A stretch of DNA of 64,000 nt from Schizochytrium sp. TIO01 (GCA_004764695.1 SMSO01000004.1:744001-808000), one strand, 5' to 3'; numbered from the stretch's first letter, positions 1-11,813 are shown. Made by a program: numbers and translations. The notes: a model not told the origin generated them from the letters alone.

Positions 1-486
1 GAAGTGTTTAGAAGTCCGAATCTTGTTGCGACATTCGCTGCCCCTCCAGCAGAACGACCTTGCATCTATTTACTATATTGTTGAAAGATTAATTGAAGAG
101 CAAAAATCCAAGTCCAAATATCTTGCACTAGATAAACATCGTCTGTTCAGAACTGAAAATGATTAGTCGAGGTATTGATAAATATAGGTCTAGGTGGATG
201 CCCTGTTCTTGTTTAGAGCAAGGGGGAAATGTTAAAGAAACATAAAATCAAGACCCATTTTTTCCCTAAATTTCTCCGTAAAAGCGATATGGGTGTACCT
301 CTGTGCATATCAAGTTTATGTGTTTAGCATGTTACAATGTTATGCTTACATTCTTGATTTACTTTAAAAAGATTCTATCAATTCTTAATCACAGACATAA
401 AATAAAGACTTGACGACCAAACTTGGTGCTTCTTTCCTCCAAATAAATGAACAGACTGTACCGTGTCATTCGTACTCACTTACTCT

Positions 487-2103
487 CTACATTTCCTGCT
501 GAACACTCGTAGATGAGGAGCTCATTGAGGTGAAAATTACCACAAAGACACCAATACTAAAAAACAAGATTGCGACAACCAAACAAATAGCTTGCTCTGA
601 CATTCGACGCGCATAATGACTGGCGAGGAGCAACGCAATGATGTCGCAGGGAAGGGATATCGCAACAAGATGAGAGATTTCACTCACATCAACAGCTTTG
701 TTTGCCAAGAACGAAAGAATCAAACTGAAGGTCATACATCCGCTGATGAAGGAGCTAGCGCATGTGGCAGCCAGGGTGCTCCACTCAAAAACCATGATGT
801 AGTAAATAGCGAAGGCATTCCCGCCACCAAATCCGATCATACCAGACAAGCTACCAAGGAACGCAATATACAACATAGTAAAGCACGCGCGAGGATCAAC
901 AAAGCTTTCGCCCATGATACGCTTAACTTTACGAAAACAGTGTTGCATATAGCTTGCCTCTTCATCAAGTTCCTCGCTCAACAAACCGTTAAAACTGTTG
1001 TTCTCCTCATCTTGAATGTAGCTCCGGTGACGCTGGTCAAGGATACCGTTATTTACTGATTGCCTTTCTGTCTCAAGGTCGCTGAGGACACTGGTACGGC
1101 GTGGACGAGAAGCTCCAAAGCGATCGGCTTCATATCTGTCAGCAGTCTCTATATCTGCGCCGGAGCCTTCAATAACCACATCAGCAATGAAGGTCTCATT
1201 ACCCAGCGTACGACCAACTCGGTCGTCTTCATCATCTTCTAGAGAGTCCCCGTTTGCTGACCCGACGCTATCAGATTCGACAAGTTCAACAGCTTCTTCA
1301 CGGTATAAGAGGGCACTGCCAAGATCCATGGACGATGTACTATTTCGATCTCTGTTGCCCGCACGTCGGTGCCGCACAAACCGCACGAGGAAGCCAAAAC
1401 CCATGAAAAAGTCAATGACTGCAACGCCTCCTTTAAGCTTGCCTTCGTTAGACCGCAAAAGGCTTATGCCAAAGGTTGATGACACGATCACTGCTGCAAG
1501 AACTGCAACGAAGGCACCCGACAGCATCGGCGCAACCATTTCTAAATTGAGTTTATGTCGATATCGCACGCATACGAGTGAGCCATTTACACAATCAACA
1601 ATAAAACAAAGAAAAAGTGCATCCAGCGCGCGCAAACCAAAGCCCGTTACCAAAATCTAACACAGTGATCGCCCAAGAATTCAAGTACCAGTACAACAAA
1701 TCATCCCATTACAATACCAATTAAACATATCCCACGTTAGTTTATAATCCTTCTTGAGAACCATACCCCTAAGATTCACTTTACAGCGTATTTGTATTCA
1801 TATATATTGCAATCCGAACCAGAACATCTGTGCATGGTGTGACTTCGCTTTCCTCTGAAGTTCTCACGAATGCATAAATTTGTGCAAAAGCTAATCATCA
1901 AGAAGAACTAGATCATGTAAGTTCAAAGGCGGCTGCCTGAAGGTTCTTGAAGTTCGCAAAGCCCTATAATTGTACAACGAGCTGAGCCTAGTTCCTTTAA
2001 AACGTACCGGAAGCAGTGTGCTGTACGCAGAGACCGCCAAGGAGGCGCTGGCGACGCCTGTGCACGCCGACAGCACTGCCAGCACCAGGCCTGACCCGCC
2101 CAT
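487..2103 (-). CDS. TauE/SafE (sulfite exporter)-like multi-pass membrane protein; 2 exons (2103-2008, 1656-487)
   Basis: Exon 1 MGGSGLVLAVLSAC...STLLP ends at a GTACGT donor (2007). Branch ACTAAC ~1742-1737; acceptor TTAG at 1657 gives an in-frame join LLP|ILVTGFG. Two hydrophobic halves are separated by an acidic loop, with the TauE-type motif GSLSGMIGFGGG. Confidence 0.75.
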
Positions 2104-4620
2104 CGTGGCACAGGCAAGCTTCGCAGTGAACCCCCCCCCTCCCAGCACCGACACCCTTGTGGACCGCAAACGCGTCACAGACAGGGCCCGCGATGAAGTT
2201 TTGCCTCGCAGAGCGGACTTCTTGAAGCACAAAGAAAAAGAAACCAGATTGAAGAAATCTGTGAATATATTTATCAACTATACACATAAGCAGATGGAAA
2301 CGAAACTTACGATTTTTAGTTCATGTTTGCATTCAGAAAATTTTAAAATTTAATTAAAAAATAGACTGAGGATGATTCAAGAGCCGAGGGCATGCCTACA
2401 ACCTGGCATGATCGAGCCACCATGCATGGGGTTGCTTGGTGTCCATGAAGGAGCCGTTTTTCAATCACGTCATGACAATCGCCAATGTGTGTGGTTGTCA
2501 TCATGATGGCGGACAGTTTATTAAATGATTACTCTTATGATTTGTATCAATCAGTCGAGCTAGCTACCTACTATAGTATGTTTGAGTCTTAGTCTCGGCC
2601 TACAAGTGAAAGAAGCAAATGTACATCTTCTTACAGAATCGAGCTGGGGAGATGAATCCCTTCTTACCAAATCATTTTGTTGGTGGTTTCGTTTTATAGG
2701 CTTGTGCTTTTGTAGGGTCACTGTCCTCACATTTCATCATTTAGTTCAACTCGTGCGCGTCCTGTTCAGCCAAAAGTAACTCCCGACTCTGTCGTGGAAA
2801 CGTCTGTGGCAGAGCACTCGCTACATCATCACTTTCAGAAACAGAAACTCAATCATTCATCCATTTAGTTCTTCATTGGTATTGTTGAATTGTGATGGAT
2901 CCAGGTGTTGCATCCAAGCCTTTGCGCTAGGTCTCAATTGTATTCGCGTTTGCGATTCGTTGTTGCTCGATACTTTGAGGTTTCTGCAGTGCATGATTGT
3001 TGAGATGTCCTGGTGACCGTGTCTCTCTTGTTTTTATCTTTACTTCCCACGTGTTGTGCTGCAATTCTCTACAGATAGTCAATACTACGGGGTGTTTGGA
3101 GGAATGCAGTGGCGCGCATACAAGCCGCACGGTCCGTGGCAGCAAGGCAAGCTACTTATGATTGTGGTCGTTGTGTGTCAGGTAAATGATTGAATCAGCT
3201 GAGTGAGTTTTTATGTTTCTCATTTGCTAAATTTCCCAAGCTCCTACACTAAACAAACAACAACCCATTTACAATGCCAAATAGCTACAAAACTGCCTCT
3301 AGAGACAGCATAGCTTCCCCGGTCTCTACAAATTCCAAAAAGCCACAGAGTTTCTGCAAAAACGTAAACATCAGGTTCAGATCTGAGTTTCATGAAAACA
3401 AGTTCCTTGGCAACAACACGGTATCACACAAGCCATGTGATGAGAATTGAAAGAACGCTAGAATTCCTCAGCGTGCGCCAATGCAAGCGCCAACTCAGTA
3501 CATATAAGAAGCAATTCCCAAATGTTATGCAAGCTGAATGCCATCGTTCACGACATCCATTGCAAGGCCTACTCTCAATCGTCAAATGTCCCATAACCGT
3601 CCTGACTGGTGCTACGAGGCCTCAATGACCCTGGCAAGTTATAGCAGAGCTGCACGAACTCGAACTTCTAATGCTGCATTTATTTCTGTGGGTTGCCATA
3701 GTAAATGTGCATGCATACTTTGAGGTCAAGGTTGGTGTCGCATGCATAGCCCACGAAAACTTCTCGTGCTCGCCTCAGTATTCATTACAAACCGCACCTT
3801 CGCCATGTCTTATCCTCAATTTCCAATGAACCACCTCGCCATCCAAGAGCATAGTAGGAGTGGTCAATGACACAGACTTGGAATTTGCACATTCATTCAC
3901 TCACTCATTCATTCATTGAGTCTTGGCTGGCTATTTCTTTCTTACCCTTTAGTTGGCAAGCTTTCAGTAGTAGTGGTAGAAGGCAATAAGACTCTCCTAG
4001 CGACTGCTAATGATGATGGCATTACATTACACTAACTAACTCTCCTCATTCTTGCTGATCTTTAGTTTTGATACCAAACGAGTAACATTTTCTTCGCTCC
4101 AAGTTTTCACCTTTCCGGCAGTTCCACAACGAGCCCGAGGCAAGGTTCCGGCCTCCCACGCATTGGAGGCACAGAGACGTGACTGCCCTCTGGCGACGAG
4201 TAAGCACACAGAGGAAACCTCAGCGAGCCTCGCGTTGATCCTGGCGCCTCGTGAAACGCAGCATCAGAGATTTGACTCGGTGACGTGTTTTCTTCAGAGT
4301 GTTGTTTACTTGTGTTTGCGTTGTTAGCTGAAGAAGATCTCCCTACGATCGGTTTGGATTTGGAGTTAGGCGAAAGGTTAGCGATCGAATTTGTCTAGAC
4401 AACTTCATACCTACAATTCAGGTTGTCTTGCATTTCCAAAACGCTTTCACGAAGTTACTTTGATATTCAATAATTTTTTTGGAGCAAACTCTACAGATAG
4501 ACTAGCTAGATTATCTTTGATAATCTTCGGCGAGACAGGATTTCACTTTTTGCTTAGGACAGTTCGCGAACTGTAGATTTGCGGAACCTTTTTTTTTATT
4601 CTAAATCAAGCGAGCACAGA

Positions 4621-6316
4621 ATGGCTGCAGAGGAATCCAAGGGAAAGGCTAGGGCCCGACCTGATCCACCGGTGAGACCCCCAAGACCCTCAGGAGCCCC
4701 CAGTATAGGCGGCTCTCCTTTGGTCATGTACACAGCATCTGAAGGTGCTTCGTTGGGACCACAAGCTGTACGAAATCCTCAGGGAAGCCCTTCGGTAAAT
4801 GATGACGATGGTTTTAGAAGTTCCAGAGTAGCTCCAGTCGCAGGCCTCGAAAATTATACAGCTCAAGAGAGCCGTGTGTACCCTGTAGACAAGGAAATGG
4901 AGGTGCACAACCACCCTATCCTGCGCCATTGGAAGCGGATGATTCTGTGCTTGATGATGTTCTTGATGAATTGGATGACAGCGATGACGGGATTGACGTG
5001 GATGAGCACGGAAACCTTATTTCAGAACCAACATTTGCAGAAGCAAGTCGTGAGGCTGCAGCAGCAACGGCTTCAAGTCCTTCTCCAGCTCCAGGTGTGG
5101 CTGCTCCCCCGAACGCTCCACAAGTTGCTGGTGTTGCGGGGCTGGTTGGCGCACGCGCTGTAGGACTTGCAAGACGCCAAGTTAAGCTTGCAAGCAGTGC
5201 TGTACGCAGTCGTGCTGAAGAAGAACTTGTGAGGGCCCGCGCTGCAGTTCTTGAAAGGCTCAGCTCCGGCGAAGAGGTAGACGCATTTGCAACTCCAACT
5301 AATGCTGACCTGGTTGCGTCTGTGCGAGGCTACGTCAAGAATCAAGTAAATGAGAAAGGTACTGCACTCGTTGGTGCTATCCGACAGAAACTTGACCAAC
5401 CTGGAAGGGCTGTGCCACGGAAATTTTTGAAACATTTGTGGCATTGGGCAGATATGCGCTTGATGTAGATCGTGAGGCTGTTGAAGAAGCTGATGATACG
5501 GAAATTGAACACCCCGCAGACCGTTGGCTTCAAAGATCTTTAAATTACATTGAGGTCATGCAGCCTGAAGGTCGTCGCTGGCTCGAGCTTGTGCTTGATC
5601 ACTCTGTGCTTGACAAGAACGCCGATCTTTCCTTTGCCTTCGAGGTCCAGCTCGATGAAGAAATGGAGCATCAGATTGACATGGACCTTCCTCGAACATA
5701 CCCAGACATCGAATATTTTGATGACCCTGCCGTATTGCTATCCATGCGTCGCGTCCTTAGGGCTGCTGCTGTGGCATTGCCCGAGGTCGGCTACGTTCAG
5801 GGAATGAACTTCCTTGTGGGCTACCTTCTGTTGCACTCTAAAACAGAAGAGACTGCTTTGCGAATTCTCATCGAGTTGATGGCAAACCCACGGTACAACA
5901 TGCGTAATGTCTTTGTAGAGGGATTGCCTAGTTTGCGAAAACTCACAGAGGTATTGCAAAATGTCGTTCGCTCGCGAGACCCGGAACTGTACAAACACTT
6001 TTGCGACATAGGCTTCGACGATCTATTTGTTGTCTATCAATGGATTTGCACATTATTTGCTGGAGCCATGCCGTTCGATGCCCTCGCCGATGCTTGGACT
6101 CTATTTTTCGAACGTGGATGGGTTGGCGTTGTTGCAATCACTTTGACTCTCATGATGGATCATCGGAAGGCGCTTATGCAATCAGATTTTGAGCGCTCGT
6201 TTGCTCTCCTAAAAGCTGCAGCAGCGAACCCAAATGATGGTTATATTGACCGCGCGCGGCAGATGCGATTTGCACCCACGCAAATAAGTGAGATCGAGCA
6301 TGCTGTTTTATCATGA
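4621..6316 (+). CDS. TBC-domain Rab GTPase-activating protein (reading frame broken twice, near ~4890 and ~5415-5441)
   Basis: The C-terminal ORF has IDMDLPRT (R-finger) and GYVQGMNF (Q-finger). Three overlapping ORFs (4621-, 4929-, 5438-) join into one protein if one base is added at each junction. Confidence 0.85.
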
Positions 6317-6890
6317 TAAAACTCTTTTATGTATTTATAGTTTTGGTACATTCTGCTTGCACCACTGTATTGCATCACTCATCATCTGACCAACAATTGT
6401 CCCTACTCGTTATTGAAGATAAATTAATCATCTGGTATCAATCTTAGGGAATACAATCGCATTTATTTATTTATTTTATGTTTTAAAATGTTTGAACAGT
6501 CAAGTGAACCGAAGAAGATAAAAGAAAACTAGGTGAGCACATTTGGGCCGTATTCATTGTGATTGTGACTAATTAAAAAAATCTAACAAGTTCAAAATTC
6601 GTAGTACAGCAATAGTTCTAATAGCACATGGGATATATCCATGGAACTTTAAATTGGAATGTCTGCTGTTTATCTGTTTTATTCATGCAGAGCACTAATC
6701 ATACATACTGTCATGTTGTTGTCTAAAGAAGAGACCGTGTTAGCTGGTCAATTCAGCGAATGGTCTGCAAAAGTGAAATCGTCATTTGCGAACCATCGCA
6801 GATCGCGTGTTGAGTAGACCAGAAAAGGAATCTTGCAAACGAATAGACTCCGTAGACGAAGCGAAGCTACGTGAAGGCGACATGCTTCCA

Positions 6891-8234
6891 CTAGCTTGGC
6901 CCAAAGCTTGGCCGAGGAACATGTCGAAATCGCGGCGCAGATGGGTTTGGTGCTGTTGCTGTGTAGGGCTCAGGGGGCAGCTCTTCAAAGGAGCTTGCAG
7001 ATTGTTGGTTGCTGTGATTATGCCCCACGACGTTAATAGAAACAATGTTACGACTAATCAATCCATTCCCCGTAGACCTTAAGTGACCTTTTGATGATCT
7101 GCCGAGGGCTCTTCGTCTTTCTCTTGCCTGTAAAAAGGCGCGCTGATTTGGCTGAACTTCTTTTCCATCAATCATGTCAAGGTATTCGGAACGTGCGATC
7201 AACGTGTCGCGATAGCTCGGATGGTTAGCAACAGGTGTACCTGAAAGGTCAACATCACGAAGCAGGACGCAGCCTTCCAATACCGATTCTACCTCACCCA
7301 AGTTGTTTGAAAGTTGTGTGTTAAAAGATGCTTTCAGTGTCTGAAGGTTTCCAAGGCCAGCGAGAGGAGCAATGGACGACACATTCGAGTTACTGATGGT
7401 TAGCATCTGAAGAGAATCACTTAATGCTGCAACAGAGGCAGGGTCAATCTCGAATGTTTGACCTGGCTGGAGGCGCTGGTTGCTGAGATGAAGCTCCGCG
7501 AGAGATCTGCATCCTTCCAGGCCTTCGAGGCGCGAGATGCAATTTCCATCTAGTGAGAGTTTGATAAGATGATGCAAGTGATTCAGATTTTCGATTCGTT
7601 CTATGCAGTTGTTTTCCAAATATAGGTGGGTAAGCATAGTCGCGGCTTGCAGATTCTCGATGCGCTCAATTTGGTTATTGTAGAGGAAAAGAACTCGTAA
7701 ACGCTTGCACATATCAAGGTTAGAAATGACTGCGATGTGACGGCCATGCAGGGACAAGTTCGTAATCTTTTCAAAGAATTTTTCTTTAGCTTCTGTCGAA
7801 TGCTGTCGCATCGTCGTAGCTTTGCGAATAAGTTCTTCTGTAATGTGCTGTCTTGATTGGTGCCTTCGTGTCTGCTGGTTGTCTCCATGACCTTGATGAT
7901 CCTTTGTTTGATTCTGTTGTATTTGATGCTGACTGTTTTGATGCTGACTGTTTTGATGAGAGTGTTGGTGCTTATGAGCAAATTCCGGGATATGGTGCTG
8001 AACAGTTGTTGCAAGAGCAGCCTGTCCATTACGTCGTGCCGTTGAGTCTGCAGCTCGTTGACGCAGAATACCTGGTTTACCTTGTTGAAGACGCTGAGGT
8101 GCCGGACGAAAGTGTTGCCCTGGAGCGTGATGGCTACTTTGAGCCTTCATCGAGATGCTTTGTTTTTGAGTGAAATTAAAATTGTTTTTGCGCTGCGCGG
8201 GGAGTTCTTCGACTCGTCTATCCACTGTGGTCAT
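6891..8234 (-). CDS. PPP1R42: SDS22-type leucine-rich repeat protein, PPP1R42/LRRC67-like, with Gln/His-rich N-terminus
   Basis: LxxLxLxxNxIxxIENL repeats, the characteristic ELHLSNQRL...FEIDP segment and an LRR cap (YRDTLIARSEYLDMIDGKEV). Confidence 0.75.
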   Translation of the reverse strand: MTTVDRRVEELPAQRKNNFNFTQKQSISMKAQSSHHAPGQHFRPAPQRLQQGKPGILRQRAADSTARRNGQAALATTVQHHIPEFAHKHQHSHQNSQHQNSQHQIQQNQTKDHQGHGDNQQTRRHQSRQHITEELIRKATTMRQHSTEAKEKFFEKITNLSLHGRHIAVISNLDMCKRLRVLFLYNNQIERIENLQAATMLTHLYLENNCIERIENLNHLHHLIKLSLDGNCISRLEGLEGCRSLAELHLSNQRLQPGQTFEIDPASVAALSDSLQMLTISNSNVSSIAPLAGLGNLQTLKASFNTQLSNNLGEVESVLEGCVLLRDVDLSGTPVANHPSYRDTLIARSEYLDMIDGKEVQPNQRAFLQARERRRALGRSSKGHLRSTGNGLISRNIVSINVVGHNHSNQQSASSFEELPPEPYTATAPNPSAPRFRHVPRPSFGPS

Positions 8235-9282
8235 CTCTACTTATTCTACAAAGTTCGCAGAATAAGCTCTATGAGCCTGAAGAGAATTTTGCCTCCACTT
8301 CGCAAAGTGCTTTCCCTTCCTGAAAGTTGTTGGTCAGCGAACTGTAAGATGCTTCGTTCTACCTTCAGATGCTCGTAATGGTTCCCAACCTCTATTGCGT
8401 TGTCAGCCGTTGCCTTCTGTATACAATAACCGATGAACAGCCAATTTAGGTACCTTGTGAGCAAATTGGCCTGGTTTTAATCGTATTACAAAAATCGTCA
8501 AATATGAGCAACTTGCAAAGTCCGCAATAACCCTTCAATATCCTTTTCTGTCACTACAGTAGCCAGGAAATACTTCTCCACGTCGTTGCAGCGCTCTCCT
8601 TCTATGCCACTTATTCTTCGTCCAAAGACCAACAGCCCCAACTTTTGCTTCAATTGATTTCCACTGCTTCCCTGAAAACCCCTCTGTAGATCATCAAACA
8701 AAGGCTATATTGCTGTATATTTCCCCTTAATCCTTGGCCCTAAGCCTCTCATAACTGCCGCTAAGACCCACTCCTAACAAGCCTCTTATCCTTTATTATA
8801 ACCCCCTAGCCCGCTCCTCGTCTGTGGCGCACAGCGATGGAACGATCCGTTGAAACCTAACCGAGCTCGGATCAAACCTAACCGGGATTATTCGGTAATA
8901 TCCTGGGATTATCACTGCTAGCGTAGACACTAGGAGTGTGTAGGCCCCTTTCGTGTGGCTTGAGCGGCGCTCGAGGGGCTGCGGGCGGCCAGATCAATCT
9001 CGAGAACGCCGTTCGCGCCGCGGAGGACGAGGCGTACGTTGCGCGGAGCCTTCCTTGCGGATCGCTCGCCCCTAGAACTCCTTTCCAGGTACCTCCGCCC
9101 CCGCACCCCGCGCGGAGTTCGGAGATCGCCCGGCATCGGCAGTTGGCCCTTCATTGACTTTCTATCCAACTTTTAGCTAGCTATCCCTCATCCGCTTATC
9201 CTATTTTCTCAGCTCCGCACTACTCCTGCCTTGAACCCGAAGACCTTCGGTTTCTACGAATTCACAACCCACGTTTAATAAA

Positions 9283-11813
9283 ATGGCTGAGAAATCCGTC
9301 TCGTTCGCCGCCGACGTCAAGGACGTCGACGAGAGCGACGTTCAGATCAACGCCGTCGAGGAGAAGGATGCTCACGGCCGTGTTCGCCAGACGCACCTTG
9401 CCTTTCAGGATGTAGAGAACCTCGATCCTGCCAAGCTGACACCGCTTACCCCGGAGGTCATCAGTCGCCAGGCCACCATCAACATCGGTACCATCGGCCA
9501 CGTGGCTCACGGAAAGTCCACTGTTGTCAAGTCGCTCTCTGGCGTCAAGACTGTCCGCTTCAAGAACGAGCTTGAGCGTAACATTACCATCAAGCTCGGA
9601 TATGCCAATGCCAAGATTTACGAGTGTGTCTCTCCGGACTGCCCCAAACCCGGTTCCTTCACTTCCCGCGGCTCCAACACCGCTGACGTCTTCGAGGATG
9701 AGAAGGGAACCTGGGAGCTCCGTCGCCACGTCTCCTTTGTTGACTGCCCCGGCCACGATATTCTCATGGCTACCATGCTCAACGGTGCTGCTGTAATGGA
9801 TGCAGCACTCCTGTTGATTGCAGGTAACGAGAGCTGCCCTCAGCCGCAGACTTCGGAGCACCTTGCTGCCGTGGAGATCATGAAGCTCCAGAACATTATC
9901 ATCCTTCAGAACAAGATCGATCTTGTTAAGGAGGACGCTGCCATCCAGCAGCACGAGCAGATTCGCCAGTACGTTTTTTAGGTTTCTAGAGTTTTGATTA
10001 TTGCTTATGGGGGTGATTTGGTGCGCAATGTGAAAATTGTTGCAAGAAAGAATGTATTTGAAGAGAGAGAGAGAGAGGGGGGAAATAAATACACGCAAGG
10101 TATCAAGAGATTTATTTCTTGTTATGATGGTGTGTTGGCCGGATAAACCAAGAATTGCAGTTGAGTATCGCCTGTGCAGTTCTAATAATCCTGCCTATAT
10201 TCCTGTTGGCAGACTTATCCAAGGACTCGTCGAAAGTTTTCCACTGGACGAGACCATTTCACCCTGCCGAGACTCCCTACTACGTCTTCAATAATAGAAA
10301 TAGAAGAGGAGAACATGGAGACTTTGCATGAACCTGGCTGTCCGTTCAGCCCTCGAATGAAGGTTGAATCTGTTTAATTTCCAGCTATGGTTCTTGTATT
10401 ATGTGTTATTGGAATTATCTTTGAAAAGGAGGAATGAGTTGAATGAATCTATATGTACAGCGTGCTTTGAAGAATGGCACCTGTTTGGCCGGATAAACCA
10501 AGAATTGCAGTTGAGTACCGCCTGTGCAGTTCTAATAATCCTGCCTATATTCCTGTTGGCAGACTTATCCAAGGACTCGTCGAAAGTTTTCCACTGGACG
10601 AGACCATTTCACCCTGCCGAGACTCCCCACTCCTGTTCTAGGTGAAAAAAGAACACCAGAACGCCTGGAGAGAGTTTAGTCTCCCTTTTTGTAACCACCA
10701 CGCAATTTGTTGAATGAGGTTGGATACTAGTACTTCATTAGATACTACTAGGGGCATCACAAGCGTGTGGATGGTGGAGAGTGTTCGCATATGATACACA
10801 TATTATACTATATTATAGGTATTATATGCAATACGGAAAGAGGGAAACATATGAAGAGGATATAAGGGGATGGATATTTTTTATATAGATGTACATATAG
10901 GATCAGAAGAGAATAAATAAGGGCGAGGAAGGGTGTGGTGATTGAAGGTAAAGAACACGGTTTTAAGAGAATATGGGAACTGACGATATTTTGATTATTA
11001 TTTTGTGTAAACAATGACAAATTGATGAATGACAGGTTTGTTGCTGGTACTGTAGCAGATAAGTCGCCCATCATCCCTATTTCGGCCGTTCTCAAGTACA
11101 ACATCGATGTCGTTTGTGAGTACATGTGCAAGCACATCCCTGTGCCACCCCGTGACTTTACTTCGAGCCCACACATGATTGTGATTCGTTCTTTCGATGT
11201 GAACAAGCCTGGTCAAGATATCGATAGCCTTAAGGGTGGTGTCGCTGGTGGCTCCATTCTCTATGGTATCCTCAAGGTTGGTGACGACATTGAGGTGCGC
11301 CCTGGTATTAGTAACAAGCGTGCCGACGGTACCGTTAAGTGCCTTCCTATCCGCAGCAAGGTTGTTTCGTTGTACGCAGAGGAGAACGATCTCAACTACG
11401 CCGTGCCCGGTGGTCTTATTGGTGTTGGTACTAAGATTGACCCCACCCTTACCCGTGCCGATCGTCTTGTTGGTCACGTGCTCGGACACCCCGGCAGCCT
11501 CCCTGAGGTTTACACTGAGGTCGAGATTAACTTTTACCTGTTGCGCAGATTGTTGGGTGTCAAGACCTCAGATGGTGGCAAGGGTGCCAAGGTGTCCAAG
11601 CTTCAGAAGAACGAGGTTCTTCTTGTGAACATTGGCTCTACCAGCACTGGCTGTACCGTTGTTGCTATGCGTGGTGACTTGGCCAAGATTCAGCTCATGG
11701 ACCCCGTTTGTACCAAAGAGGGCGAAAAGGTGGCCCTCTCGCGCCGTGTCGAAAAGCACTGGCGTCTTGTCGGTTGGGGTACCATCCGCCGTGGCTCCAA
11801 GACCGTAGAGTAA
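9283..11813 (+). CDS. EIF2S3: Translation initiation factor eIF2 subunit gamma; 2 exons (9283-9968, 11036-11813), 1067-nt intron
   Basis: Motifs [24 protein letters not shown] and C-terminal [13 protein letters not shown]. Donor GTACGT at 9969, branch AACTGAC ~10978-10984, acceptor CAG at 11035. The join CA|G gives QIRQ-FVAG with no missing residues. Confidence 0.97.
10135..10277 (+). ncRNA. Intronic H/ACA-like pseudouridylation guide RNA, copy 1
   Basis: Two hairpins with internal pockets. The 3' pocket (ATCCAA 10217-22 / ATTTCACC 10256-63) is complementary to 18S GGUGAAAU-UC-UUGGAU. AGA lies 14 nt after the pocket top. G-U pairs favour the sense strand. Confidence 0.8.
10485..10627 (+). 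ncRNA. Intronic H/ACA-like guide RNA, copy 2
   Basis: 143-nt copy offset by 350 nt, with one difference (TATCG vs TACCG in the apical part of hairpin 1). Flanks are unrelated. Confidence 0.8.

Noticed and set aside
6782-6900. Possible C-terminal extension of the LRR protein in another frame
   Set aside because: The tail is non-conserved and low-complexity; cannot be distinguished from a genuine stop at 6891.
10135-10627. Intronic repeat as a hammerhead/HDV ribozyme, spliceosomal snRNA, alternative exons or CRISPR
   Set aside because: No CUGANGA/GAAA core in the right order and no Sm site; eIF2-gamma is complete without extra exons; only two long copies.
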